Shown here in pieces: positions 45,001 to 56,545 of a stretch of DNA of 64,000 nucleotides. A program made the translations under genes and the position numbers. Under the pieces are notes generated by a model that did no database searches, was not told the origin of the DNA, and saw only the letters and a program-made list of their open reading frames with translations. This DNA is from Setoptus koraiensis (Eukaryota; Animalia; Arthropoda). The DNA is taken from assembly GCA_048013815.1 (NCBI GenBank), contig CM106586.1, positions 16,306,001 through 16,370,000 of the forward strand, given 5' to 3'. The number at the start of each line of letters is the position of its first letter. Position 1 is the stretch's first letter.

Positions 45001-46153
45001 TGTCAAAGAACTTGTCGCTGACGGTCACTAGAGTAACCTGTGAGGCCAACGCGTACGAGAACCATTCCTCGAAATACTCGCCCTCTGACGTCTCTTGTTT
45101 CTCCTCCGAGACACTATTATCATTGTCATTGATCTCATCACTGTCATGCTTGCTTGTATTGTTGCCAAAATCGTAAGCCGTGTACTCAATAGCGTAATGT
45201 CTTGTGCCAGAAAGATTGATTTCACGCAATAAGTTTGGAAATGGCTTCTGGTATCTAGTCTCAGAGCGGCATATCTTCAATTGACGCGTTATCATTTTAA
45301 CAATATCCGGCTCTATGCTAGTGTCGTACTCTTTCACGTCTATTACAGTGGTTATGTCCACTTCTCGTATGTCTGGTACCACTCTTATTTTGGTGTGCTC
45401 ATAATGAGATCGCCTAGTGACATACATGTTCTTTAGTGTCGATTTACTCACCGGAACAGCGTTTGTTTCGTCCATTAGTTCGCCCTTCTTGAACAAAGCG
45501 GCCACTTGTGCGCCATCCTTGTCACCTTTCCACCTGTTGGAATCTGGGAATGGCGAATTCTTACCAACTTCATCTGATTGCACTCGATTTTTCATCAAAT
45601 TTAACCATATTGCACCAACACCAAATATCGTCGTGTCTATCTGAGTTATCTTGCCGCGACGTTGAACATTCTTGTAGGTGTAACCAAATTGCCATGGATA
45701 TGTTGTTTTGTGATCGTGTCTGACATCGAGAAGACATTCATCCATATCGTCTTCGTTTTTTTTAACTATGTAAGCCTTATTGTATGCCCCATCAGTGATA
45801 TAAGCAAACGATTCCTCAGAGGAATCAATTTTTCTCTTGTGTAGACTGTACGATACACCCTTGACGAAAGAGAACCATTCTTCTACCTGATACGGTTTGC
45901 CATTTGTGTTGTGCCCATTAATTTGGCTTGTTTGCAAACTTTTGAAATGAAACCAGTCGGAATTTTTGTCCAATTGAGCATAGAAGTCCGGCACATCTAT
46001 TGGTGTGAAATCTGTTTCCTTTGCATTTCTGCCTCCCAGTTTTGCTTTGTTGCTGCTGGTAGTTTCAATAGTGTCATCACCACTAACTGTAAGGCCTAGA
46101 GAGGCCAGAACCGCCAAACTAGCGAGAAAATTGATCAACTTTACCCTGCCCAT
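39038..46153 (-). CDS. Large single-exon type I membrane protein with tandem ~270-300-aa modules and C-terminal PAN/apple-like modules
   Basis: Signal peptide MGRVKLINFLASLAVLASLGLTVSG; recurring GxxA/S(I/L)(W/L) and LPxxC motifs; four C-x3-C...C-x2-F/Y-x-(Y/F)C-type modules; TM segment KLICLCLVGLCTGLLIRIAL; 12-aa tail. Confidence 0.85.
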   Translation of the reverse strand: MGRVKLINFLASLAVLASLGLTVSGDDTIETTSSNKAKLGGRNAKETDFTPIDVPDFYAQLDKNSDWFHFKSLQTSQINGHNTNGKPYQVEEWFSFVKGVSYSLHKRKIDSSEESFAYITDGAYNKAYIVKKNEDDMDECLLDVRHDHKTTYPWQFGYTYKNVQRRGKITQIDTTIFGVGAIWLNLMKNRVQSDEVGKNSPFPDSNRWKGDKDGAQVAALFKKGELMDETNAVPVSKSTLKNMYVTRRSHYEHTKIRVVPDIREVDITTVIDVKEYDTSIEPDIVKMITRQLKICRSETRYQKPFPNLLREINLSGTRHYAIEYTAYDFGNNTSKHDSDEINDNDNSVSEEKQETSEGEYFEEWFSYALASQVTLVTVSDKFFDTYYSLFVNGEHYHLRHKWLTRTGSTEQTCTKGRVPFDKWHGNSLFRRRIFFRNGDKEIAGILSGLGALLINVAHADHKQFRINPKRIATKNHDGTAGKHLEEWIFTDRKSNQRFHFYFELKQTEGAPRHSHQTYRAHIEDLTQVIVSSLRAPIEYQPGDGDEDGNDNTRDDGVYEVVRRYDIMAIKTDVDSEQDLMIFKLPQTCYDIDNDNSTPKPRPRPHYPDDEDDDDDDDDDDQKIDNHQKEDEEEEDYEDSNTGQHDSDEENYNDYSDDEIELETPFPDFVELLDFNPEYKIETVIAGKVSHNSDEYKDVIKLVEYVSFDRSMARYDIDIIDGGKGAKKQRAKRFYVNYKSELIFNYIEGTKQQPKGECQVVQSVEPWLRLLSSEFEYEKQLDDTKATVVSDKLKLFGVGALLIEASLSEYVQYVHSYEDEDEDAVDHDKQQYQHDRVYSWVMHEGVPDLLFRFDFKLGHVEAATEEPKRLIPQSVLIETDHTYAFDSTKYRSLRLTPNIVRLNERETDARPPVFSLPLTCRQAAEIYISQLGKDMKLDEEKRAEQLRMRADFPRFDTFFPEDYSYTFEYDITFVKGFSKTNQKHIREMHDRLKRRGRIDVETKQGTASYFIVNSRNRGEEDKTIGKYACNEALNRCKIIEEFEDENILSLWTMVRKQQQQSTAQEGKSAKGEDTLFGLAAIWKQASELISKGNSYNKQAKIYPYFDEFGNKRAHFLWVLGMRDANNKNSLVNVIHFTFDSGIDSRTGSWSPMKLYSIDMMPLAGVLAGVHHIQIMIKYSDATIANNDLLNLPQSCMQLIENGARIKFPSLEEATLRPRSNSTMPIHMRSEVAFQLAHKASGKPVGDEPSIALVEVEEFVNFEYLIARSIKYNKNNSSRDLTYNWEIDRSPIANEQPIGMLIYGHHNELFEIQGHQCVLREDKSDILGFWFGQERVRNPRKLYYGAASLWALAYKEGISRKLQNRVDVFSDTDKTDKSHHWFDEQIWRIEPHTQPMGTDDGWYYDMYFRPASSGLAGQMDNDAHGMELERIQLYDQATNSDIAINVIKYEFDITDDQELQYLTLPIGSACQRSSLYKANGVKLYDSGLNNYDNFQMVFEASLTTLDKHGDGQTYKTHPFINGVLSRSPLAPDAVLQGPTILSARRKHTNGTISSTTTIWNGQPSSTRYDIDRQTGQCEIRKWSQANGPSIDFGNNLRLELDPYTLKLFISEYEGFQTINRYVQGSELTTVFELEYDLFKLSNEIEGPASIIKRFVGPGDTDDGGDYAEKLSYHTLTISVVIFETKARQEILAQFSMTIQEMNALDNRKLFEMADISACYSEQGQSVPISLEYRITPANEHDRQIVESNIDTVAKIALDHFIKIPHTHPLQFNNFNIMLSGPHTLLVRFNMLDKLLPHNYFDRLINSEMANNWRMQADSRLLANEQQCSRWCADVKCVAMTFCSDRSCTVIGEASFRNFQYETSKDSKHSDNWAQHNGPADGPDTLINTNCVTYYLNSVEEFLKIVGAQEMLDYLKATIDDAEAMNDLLVFKPLLPHGDKFKMLTFVPIRVSSDDSNDFEGLDEDNSVEQDAEHSLSVQMKMAYSVLHYNRCFQLDKLEEMNARNGRDDAKKKVIYDSRTLVTTIHMCEEFCLEKRCLMYSFDELFCIAIRETMVDVREIMQDGTVQRNWAIIAIRNYLNEYDSFANTQVPTSSMKQIASVELLECASLCRLTTSETTVSINSNEEDSVGSRCLSFDYCQPSPINDKLSKDARKGSVSEGNQCYLQNTHVILSNMDQSKLLVATPENSPGTDHNDASSWHCTHYSRSMLYDYIEIRGKSFADKLTSALVYRGMDSERCALVCSKNNHCQSFEYCYYHDRRPSHSCYIHENLPESAASAKQADGSSKKRDLNLITTAECSVFTLNYANSGSTYDQNSFNGNSIKQTAETTPNIVGTTFGGGAFKLICLCLVGLCTGLLIRIALDKWRSNERSSAP

Positions 46154-46655
46154 CTCTTGAGAACAAATATCAAAAAACAATTAATGGTAACGTAATTAGA
46201 AAATGTTGGATAAGTGCAACTCTTGCTCCAAAAGATAACGAGGACACTCAATAAAAAAACACACCAAATTTATTGCCCACACGCAAGCTACTAGGTACAT
46301 CATCTAAATCAAATCAGATAGCAGCTCTACCCTTGATCCAAATATTCCCACACATATCTGATCAGAGTAGATTGATCAGGTTCATGCCTAGAGGATAAAA
46401 CGTTTAAGTGAATTCGAAGGATCGCCAAACAGAACCGTTTAAAGTCGCGTTTTTTTATTTAAAAATTGAGATTTGCAACCTTTGCGCACAAACCAACTAT
46501 GGAAATTCATAAGTTATGATCTATATACAAAGTTGTACAAGTTTAGAAAATGTCGGCGAACATAATTTGATGTGATAAAAAGTTGCTTGAGATTAGCTCG
46601 AAAATGAGTTTTATTTCTTTGGAATCTAAGTAACCCATTTCTGTGAGGGCGACCT

Positions 46656-48326
46656 TTACACGAGGTCCCATCTGTGGATCGTTAGTCCTTTATCATTCAG
46701 AAGGAATAAAAAATGATTATTGTCCTCATTACTTAACATGGCGGTATCTCTAACTGTACATTTTGAGGGTATCGACTGGAAACATGATCCATCGAAAGAG
46801 TCGTACAGTTTAAGACCCCTCGAAACTTCGTCACTTGATGCTACCAAAACTTTGTCATCTACAGTTGGATGACAAAGTATTCTAGATTGACTCAGGTAGA
46901 GTGAATCACGGCTACCATTAAATGTTTTCACAGGTTTAACTTCAATCTGTTGAATATCAGATTCATTCTCCGATACTTTCTCTAGTGTTACAAGATTCTC
47001 AACGCAGTATGGGGACGAGGGAGAGGGACGGGTTGATATCAGTGCGTAGTTTGACTTTTTATGGTAATCAACAGTGCCCATGCGACCAGAAAACGGTAAC
47101 ATATGGGATGGGAGTATATTTTGCGAGGTATCTATGAAATTCTCCTCATAACTGGATGCTTGGGTAACTTCCAGAAATTGAGAGCCCTGATTGTCAGATA
47201 GCAGTAATCCTTTGAAGTTGCTATCATAGAAAGCCATGGACAAAAGTCTGCCATTTGCTAGTGGTGGTGTTTGATAGACATGTTCTGATGTGTTCCTCAT
47301 ATCGTATATCCGTACACAATTGCGTAAGCCAACATAAAACTGATGATTCCTTTCGGTGTTCCAAGACACACACCATGGTTCCTGGTTCACTTCGTACCTT
47401 TGGACAGTTGTGTTGTTTAACAAGGATGTGATCTTGATTTTCTTATCAGCGCTAGCAGTTAGAGCCATATCATTAGACCGATTTAGCTGAAATCCATTAA
47501 TAGGCTTGGCATGAAGTGGAATGAATTGATTGGCCATTGTATCTATAATAGAGTATTTTTTGATTCCATATTGGCCCAAAGCGCTTAGATTAACGGGAGA
47601 CGGTTGAGTAAATACCGCCAGACCCATGGAACTTGAGAGGGCGAGCGATTTGCATCCGCCGTTCGGGCATGACTCAAGCACACTAATTTGGTGAAATAGG
47701 CCCTTTGTGGCGATTTGCGGTGTCTCGTCCGTCGAGGAATAATCGACACTCATCGAATCCCTGGTGTCGTCGGTTGTAGTTGTGTCAACATGCTTGCCTG
47801 ATTGTTTAACAATGATCTCCTCGAATCTTTGTATTTTTCTATCACGGTCTATCACAGCGCTTTTCAATCTGTCGATATCTTCGTAGGCAACCTGTAGTTT
47901 TAATTTATAATGGTAGACCTGGTTTGTAACGTCTTTCCTTAGTTTCTTCTCGTTCTCCAATAGGCTCTTGAGCTCATTCAATTCTGTGCTATCAGAAGCT
48001 TTGATAGTCTTACACCAAAGGTCTCTGATGTCCGTCTTTCTGGCAGGTTTATTGCAATTGGGACACTTTGCACTGCTTCCTTGATCCTTGATCCATCTTT
48101 CGATACAGCTTCTACCATAGAGATGGCCACATTTTAGTGCGCATATCCTATGCTCTGTACCTATTGTCCATTGATCAAAACAAACCGTACAAGTGGTGCC
48201 GGCATCCTCATCATCGTCCGGTTGCTCTTGTGGCGGTGGCTCGTTGCTGGTTGTTTGCTGGGGCTCATCGTTGGTATTATCGTTGTCTTCTACATCTACA
48301 ACCTCCGATTCCGGTGGGCACATCAT
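46656..48326 (-). CDS. RFWD3: RING finger and WD-repeat E3 ligase RFWD3
   Basis: RING CTVC..EHRICALKCGHLYGRSCIERW..KCPNC, coiled coil, then WD40-like repeats; single exon. Confidence 0.9.
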   Translation of the reverse strand: MMCPPESEVVDVEDNDNTNDEPQQTTSNEPPPQEQPDDDEDAGTTCTVCFDQWTIGTEHRICALKCGHLYGRSCIERWIKDQGSSAKCPNCNKPARKTDIRDLWCKTIKASDSTELNELKSLLENEKKLRKDVTNQVYHYKLKLQVAYEDIDRLKSAVIDRDRKIQRFEEIIVKQSGKHVDTTTTDDTRDSMSVDYSSTDETPQIATKGLFHQISVLESCPNGGCKSLALSSSMGLAVFTQPSPVNLSALGQYGIKKYSIIDTMANQFIPLHAKPINGFQLNRSNDMALTASADKKIKITSLLNNTTVQRYEVNQEPWCVSWNTERNHQFYVGLRNCVRIYDMRNTSEHVYQTPPLANGRLLSMAFYDSNFKGLLLSDNQGSQFLEVTQASSYEENFIDTSQNILPSHMLPFSGRMGTVDYHKKSNYALISTRPSPSSPYCVENLVTLEKVSENESDIQQIEVKPVKTFNGSRDSLYLSQSRILCHPTVDDKVLVASSDEVSRGLKLYDSFDGSCFQSIPSKCTVRDTAMLSNEDNNHFLFLLNDKGLTIHRWDLV

Positions 48327-51300
48327 CAGTAGTGGCGAGACTGTGTTCGTTCATGAGTTGAATTGTATCGATAGATCCGAGTGTAAAAACTTGTGCATGT
48401 GTATACAAATATTTATAAGGATGTTGCTAAGTGTACATTAAATATGTTATAATACTACTGATTATGCTAACTAGCAAGTATATTCAAATAGATACCCTAG
48501 TGTCTCTATTATGAACAGAAAAAGACACGCCGAAACGATTGTGATTGGAAAACACATGATCAATGTACGAACGCAATGCATTACATTACAACGCTTTGCT
48601 TGCGCGCACCCGCCGATGCCCAGTGCAATACCCAGCGAACAAGAAAGGTACGATCGCATGGATGCTGTTGGGCGAGACGCGCCAATCGATTGCGAGTGGT
48701 CACTGTTGCGTCCATGCACCGTTAGATATTGAGTGTACATGTCATAGATAGGTCAGTTTGCATCATTTTATTACATCCCAAGGCGACTACTATCGATCAT
48801 TGGATCGATTACCTAGTTAGCCTAGATAACGATTAACATCTACACAACGGAATCTGTAACTGTGTTAGTACACAGACGTAAGCGGGCGGGAGCTGCAAAT
48901 GCCCATGACTGAAAAAAGAATTGTCTTGATTTCGGGCCAGCTAACCATGCAGACATTTTGTTAGGTCTAGCGGCGGCTATTTGAGCTTTGTTGGGTCTGG
49001 CCGGCCCGACTATTCTGTCAGTGGGAATCAATCGAATGTAGCGGCGGCCGATCGTTTTGTGCGGCGGGCCGAAAATAAACAACAATGGCTCTAGCGATAT
49101 CTGTCTAATCACCATGCCAGGGCAACAGAACAGAAGCAGCGCCCGAAGAGAAACTAGCACATCACATGATAATTATTCACTTTCATTTGGCACTCACTAG
49201 ATAATTAGATTCTGGCCAATATTTCCTAGGTTGATGCCGCTGCTGGCCGTGACGATTGGATGCGCTGGCCACAGATGATAGTTTGAGACAACGGCCACAG
49301 AGGGAGAGAGAGACAGCATTGTGAGCACTGGGCAAGTGTTATGGGAATGATAAAGCAGGAGCAACAACAACAAAAAACTTTGCTTGCTGTGGCTGCTGGC
49401 CAACGTGACTGGTAACAGCAGTAGTTGTGCCGCGGCACCAATGGTCCGGCAATGGTGTTGTTGTTGTTGTTGCCGGACACAACAAACAATGCAGCGAACC
49501 GATTGTAGCGGATTTCGGATTTATTTATCCTGTTTGTGTGTCAGCGGCAGTATTATCTTTTCGAGTGTGCATTGGTGGTGGTGGTGGTGGTGCTGGCGGT
49601 GGCGGTGGTGTTGCACGATGACGAGCATTGTGATTGTAGTGAGGACAAGCGTAAATAAAGCAAATATGTGCGCAGCAACGACCGAACGGACGAAGTGCCT
49701 GTGTGTGCGCCTTTGTGTACGAGCGATTCCATTGGACGGACAAGAAAGAAAACGTTTGTATCGGCCCTTTCTACAGTGCATCATCTTTTGTGCGCACATT
49801 GACATCATCTGCTGTGCATTCGGCTGTATCACTATGCACACTGGAGCGCTTCGAAACACGCCAGTTAGACACTTACTCGGTTGCAATTATACCGCATATA
49901 TTGTACTGCTGTATAATGACAATTGTTAAATTCACTAACTGAAAGCGATTCTCTCATCAAAACCATCTTTACATTGTACCTCTCACACTATTGTACTAAT
50001 GATATCGCCACATTTGTAACAACAACAACAATTTTGCACAATATTGCTGATTGGACGGGACAACAACTCAATAATTTTTCACACACACACACACAAACAA
50101 ACACTCACACAGGCAGACAGAGAGATCAGACGAATCGGGCGAAAGCGAGCTCGTTGGAACACGACAAATTGCAGTGAGACATAGAGACGGGCAGCAATAG
50201 TATAAATATAGATGGAAAAGCGACATGGAATCATGATGAGATCATTATCATTATCGATGTGACAGCCAAGACCGCTGCAATCATTTAGTAATACACACAC
50301 ACGCTGGCATCGCCACCTATTACATAACACACACCACTATATTAGTCTTTATCATCGACATCCACAGCTACAACTTGCCTATACTGGCTTATTTCCAGTT
50401 CGTATCAGTTCCCGTTTTCCACATTCTTTCTTATGCTTACCAAAGCATCACTTTGTTAAGCAACGAATAACTTGCATCTTACTATTATATGCACTTACAC
50501 TGCTTAACGCTGATGCTCATTCTAAACGGTATTTACACACACACACACACACACAAACTCGAATAGCACTTGACTTAGCGAGCCCAAGAAGCAACGACCT
50601 ATGAAGAAGCCCAACATTAACAACAACAACAACATCTGACTTAAAACCGCTAAGATACTCACTAACTTATTAACACAGTAACCACAACAGGCACTAGTTA
50701 CATCGGCCAGCTTCTCATATTCCGTCCGCACTAGCAGCTTGTTATAATAATAACCGTGCATTCATCAAGACTACTTATACACACATACACACACGTTTAT
50801 GAGAGTAGAAATTTATTTACTTGTTAGTATGTTTATAAATGCATCTTGTCAAGTAAAATTTCTATCCGCACACCACTGAGCTGAGACTAGGGGCAGCACC
50901 TTTGATTATAGTCATCACTGCTAACAAACTCCTCCTCGGTCCACATAGAAACTACTACCGCTATAATTGCTGTTGCTTTTGTTGCTCCAGCTGCTGCTGC
51001 CGCTGCCGTTGTTGTTGTTGCTAACTGCTGCTTCTACCCATGAGCCACCGAGTGTCTCGATAAGAGTATCAGGATCTCATGAGTCATGACCGACGAGCTT
51101 AGTCTCCCTCTGTGAATATACCATAATAATAGCTAGCTATCTATATGTTCTGTATGAATGCGTATGTGAGCAAAATATCATTATTATTATTATTATTATT
51201 ATTACTACTATTATTCGAAAATACCTTATAATGGTTGCTTTAACCAACAACAACAAAAAGCTCACAACGTAATCAAATATAATTTTATCCTCTCAACAAG

Positions 51301-52096
51301 CGAAAAATTTATTGTACAATCAATTATAATCATCAGCCACAGCAAGTCGGCCAGCCTCTAACCACCAACTCAGTATACGTTGCATGCGAAACACTGTATA
51401 CTTACATACAAGCCTAGCTCAACCTATTCCACGACAAGTAGCAAACAACATACTTGTGCATATGTTAAGCTTCTTTTCAGATCAATAATATTTATACAAA
51501 CATAATTTCCACACATCGACAGCTATAGAATGCATAGGTATATGCCTGACACTAGTAACTAAATTTTAGGACTTAACTGTAAAGCACTATTGCACCACTT
51601 ATTGCATTGTATTGAGAAGGCTCACAAATGAATTTTATAAAGAATCAAAATATATTATTTTATAATTGGTGATTGGAAGTCTGTCAAACAGTCTACAGTT
51701 TGACGAACTAGCAGACCTGGAGAGATATCAGTATTTGCTCAAGAGACTAATTCTATTTATTGATTCAATGGGAGGTCATTAGATAAACAAACTAACCTAC
51801 CATAGATCGAACACATTCGATATCATATTCACATCAATTGCTATTTACGTCAGAATTTATATATAGGAGACAGATCACATTACGATTGAATGGATAAACA
51901 ATAATCCACTCAAGTTTACATGAAGCCCATGAATTCTATTGGTACCAGAAGACTCTTCTACTAAGAAATTATTAGATTTGATATACACATCGGCATAGAT
52001 GTAATAATCTATCCTATGACGATATTATTCTGTGACCAACTGTTATTACAAAACAAGTATTGATAATAATTTTTCACCTCCGAAAGATTGAATTAG

Positions 52097-55000
52097 AGCC
52101 GGCACAATTACGTCGACAACAATATCAAACGGCTCCTCGCCATCCATAACGACACGCTCATCCAGCGATGAGTTCGGTAACCTTAGTGAAACAGCCTCCG
52201 TAGCTGGACATATTGCTGGCACGGTGAATGGGCGATGTAAAGTGTCCGCGAAAATACAACAGATTTTAAGTACTTTAAAGAGGCCAAAACGAAGACCCCT
52301 CCCAGAATTCTACATCGACGATGAATTAGATATAGAAAAGGCTGCCAATCAGCTCGATCCTAATGCCCCAAAACCAGAGGGCACTACTATGGTACCAGTG
52401 AATGGAGAGCAACTACGAGTACCTCCTGGTCTGCCAAAAACGCTCGAAGAAGCACTTCACCGCTACGGTACATCTACATTTAAAGCGCCTGCAATCACTG
52501 TGCTGGATACTACAGGGAAAAACAATGTTTCTATAACCTATGGCAAGTTCCTTAGCAGATCTAGAAAGATAGCCTACTGCTTACTAAACAAGATTGGCCA
52601 AAAAGGCGAAGTGAGGATACGACCGGGAGATAGAATAGCGCTCGTTTACCCGAACGATGAACCTATCTCATTCATGTGCGCTTTTTATGGCTGTATTATG
52701 GCGGGGATAGTCCCAGTGCCCATCGAGGTTCCAGTTACCAAGGATGATGCTGGCTCGCAACAGATAGGCTTCCTGCTGGGGACTTGTAATGTATCATATG
52801 CAATGACATCCGATACTTGCAAGAGTTTGCATAGAACATCGACAGGTGAAATAATGACATTCAAAGGATGGCCCGAATTAACTTGGTTGTCTTCAAGTAA
52901 TCTGAGTAAACCTCAAAAAGATTGGAATCCGCCGCCAAGAATATCAGAAGAGGGACCTGCTTATATAGAATACACTATCGACTCAAATGATGGATCAATG
53001 AAAGGTGTCACAGTTACACGAAACGCAATGATATCTCACTGTAGGGCATTATCAAATGCATGTAGTTATACCGAAGGCGAATGCATGATATGTGTATTGG
53101 ACTTCAAAAGGGAAGCTGGTCTTTGGCATGCAGTTCAAACTAGCGTACTCAATGGAATGCATGTGATATTTGTACCGTATGCATTGATGAAAATGAATCC
53201 TGCTTCATGGATGTTGACAGCGACAAAATTCAAAGCTAGTGTTTCTATATGTAAATCTAGAGATCTACATTGGGGACTATTGGCTACCAAGGACCACAAA
53301 GAGGTTAACCTCAGCTCTCTTCGACTTATACTGGTGGCTGATGGAGCAAACCCATGGTCACTATCTTCCTGTGATCAATTTCTAAGCGTTTTTCTCAACA
53401 AAGGCTTAAGGCCTGATGCAATTTGTCCTTGTGCAATGTCATCAGAGGCACAAACCGTCTCAATAAGACGACCCGGCCGGTCTGGGAGTGTATCTACAGG
53501 GCGCGGCATATTGTCCATGTCTGCCCTTAGTCATGGAGTAATCAGAGTAGACCAGGAGAATAGTGCTGCATCTTTAACATTGCAAGACTGTGGATTGATT
53601 TTACCTAATTCTACTGCTGCCGTAGTCAGAGCCAACAATACAACACAACTATGCAAAACTGACGAAGTTGGTGAAATCATACTTAGCTCTCAATCGACAG
53701 GATCCTTTTATTGGGGTTTACAGGGTCTCACAAATACTATGTTCAAAGAATCACCAAAAAACGACAGCAACCAACCTTTCAGTACTCAAAACTTTGTTCG
53801 GACTGGTCTTCTTGGTTTCATAGGGCCAGGCTCGTTAATATTTATTTGCGGAACTCGAGATGGTCTGATGCAAGTATCAGGTAGACGGCATAACACCGAC
53901 GATTTAATCGCTACTATTCTATCAGTTGAGCCAATGAAGTTTGTTTACAGAGGTAGAATTGCAGTATTTTCTATAAAAGTTCTCCGAGACGAAAGAATAT
54001 GTATATTCGCCGAGCAAAGGCCCGATTGTTCAGAGGAAGATTCATTTCAATGGATGTCGAGAGTTCTTCAAGCAGTTGATGGTATTCATCAAGTCGGGAT
54101 TTATTGTCTGGCATTAGTCCTCCCTAATCAGCTCCCAAAGACACCCCTTGGAGGAATACATTTATCTGAAGTACGAAGAAAATTCCTCGAAGGCACAATG
54201 CATCCAGCCAATGTATTAATGTGTCCTAATGCTACTGTAAACAATCTACCTAAAGAGCGCCAACTTACACATCACGATGTTGGACCCGCATCTATAATGG
54301 TTGGTAATATAGTTCAAGGTGTTCGTCTTGCCGTTGCAAGCGGTCCATCTTTGGGGACCTGCGAGGAGGATCTTGATCCAAACAATAGAAGTTACCAATA
54401 CATATCAGAAATACTCAGGTGTCGATCATTAGTCAATCCAGACCATGTTATTTATACTCTATTAAGTGCTAAGGGATCCGAAACCACTACACTCACATGT
54501 TCCCAACTTCACAAACGCGCCGAGCGAGTTGCATGTTTATTGTTAGAGAAAGCACGTTTAAATACTGGAGACCACGTGGCACTTATTTACCCCCCAGGTT
54601 TGGATTTAATTAGTGCATTCTATGGTTGCTTGTATATTGGCGTTGTTCCAGTTACAATTAGACCCCCCCATCCACACAACCTACACTCAACATTACCGAC
54701 AGTCAAAATGGTCGTTGACGTTTCTAAATCTGTTCTGGTGTTATCCACGGCTCCTGTGATTAAGTTACTCAAGTCTCGAGAAGCTGCCATGGTTATAGAT
54801 CTTAGAACATGGGTACCAATGATTGAAACAGATGAACTACCAAAAAAGAAACTAACCTCTATTCATCGTTATCCAACACCAGAAATGATTGCCTATTTAG
54901 ATTTCAGCGTCAGCACCATCGGTACACTTGCAGGTGTGAAAATATCTCATTTTGCAGTTACTTCACTATGCAAAAGTATGAAAATAGCTTGTGAGCTATA

Positions 55001-56284
55001 CCCGTCAAGACATGTCGCGCTTGCGATTGATCCTTATTGTGGCCTAGGTTTTGTTTTGTGGTGTATAAGCAGTGTCTACTCTGGTCATCATACAATACTT
55101 GTTCCACCAGTGGAAGTTGAACAATGTCCTTCATTGTGGCTATCTGCCATCAGTCAACACAAAGTTAGGGACACATTCTGTTCTTACAGTGTCATGGAAT
55201 TGTGCACGAAAGGCCTAGGATCATCAATACCTACTTTAAAACAACGAGGCATAAACCTAAGTTGCGTAAGAACTTGTGTAGTTGTTTCGGAGGAGCGACC
55301 AAGAATTTCTTTAATGCAATCATTTTCAAAATTGTTTTCCGGAATCGGTCTATCCCCAAGAGCAGTCACAACCAGTTTTGGTTGCCGGTCAAATATCGCA
55401 ATATGCCTGCAAGGGGCTGCAAGTCCTGATACAACCAAGGTTTATGTAGACATGAGAGCACTTCGGCATGATCGCATAGCATTAGTAGAGAAAGGAGCCC
55501 CTCACAGTTTGTGTTTGGTTGAGTCTGGAAAGTTATTACCTGGGACGAGGGTTGTTATTGCCAATCCAGAAACAAAAGGCCACTGCGGTGACTCTAATTT
55601 GGGAGAGGTGAGTATAAGGTACAGTTAGATTAGAATGAAAACATGGGATAAACAGCTACTAACCCTGTCATCTACAATATATTCTGTCATCACAATTTCT
55701 TCGAACAGATTTGGGTCCAATCTCCGCACAATTCAATTGGATATTTTTCGACTATGAGCAACGACACTACACTGAACAATCAATTCAATCAAAAATTGAT
55801 AACAGCCTGCAACACGAGCTCAAAATACATGTACGCTAGGACAGGTTTCTTGGGTTTCCTAAGACGAACTAACGATCTTCAGATGGAAAATGATGCTGAT
55901 GATAGCGTTTCTCATGACGCAGTCTTCGTTGTTGGATCTCTTGACGAAACTATTATGCTCAGAGGTTTGCGTTATCACCCATGTGACATCGAAAACAGTG
56001 TCATGAGGTGTCACAAAAAGATAGCCGAGAGTGCTGTGTTCACCTGGAATAATCTACTGGTAGTAGTTGTCGAATTAGATGGTGATGACAATGAAGCGCT
56101 CGATCTCGTTCCATTAGTTACAAATGTTATTTTAGAGGAACACCACCTAATAGTTGGAGTGGTTGTTATTGTTGACCTCAGAGTTGTCCCAATCAACTCA
56201 AGAGGCGAGAAACAACGAATGCACTTGAGAGATCGCTTTCTTGCAGATCAGTTAGATCCTATATACGTTGCTTATAACATGTAA
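52097..56284 (+). CDS. DIP2: Disco-interacting protein 2 (DIP2); upstream exon(s) not located
   Basis: KVSAKIQQILSTLKRPKRRPLPEF, two AMP-binding-like domains and the C-terminal LDPIYVAYNM. Acceptor at 52096/52097; exons 52097-55607 and 55709-56284. Confidence 0.95.
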
Positions 56285-56545
56285 ATTTTCGTCATCTAAA
56301 TGACTTTTATTCACTATTGTAATAAAATAAACTCACGAAACTGTTAGTTAATAACTGTTAGTTACATTCAACTAGAAAAAAAATCGATTTAATTTGGAAT
56401 CGAACTGCGCGCGCGGCTAGAGTTTACAAGAGATAACAACAATTGCGCTTCACAGCGGCCTTGATAATTCGCCAAATCATTATGATGGTGATAACTGTAT
56501 CTAAGTTATTTATTGATTGAAACGGTTACCGCTACATAACACGTC

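Noticed and set aside
39334-46099. Numerous plus-strand ORFs of 60-160 aa
   Set aside because: Antisense shadows of the 7.1-kb minus-strand CDS; the same applies to ORFs overlapping PDS5, GH31, DIP2 and FPGS.
48880-49080. GC-rich GGGCC/GGCCC segments as MITE termini
   Set aside because: The inverted matches are short and imperfect, with no target-site duplication seen.
51690-51775. Exon-like segment FDELADLERYQYLLKRL as the DIP2 N-terminal DMAP1-binding exon
   Set aside because: It lacks the LELELSEGDITQKGY motif, and its phase does not match the acceptor at 52097.
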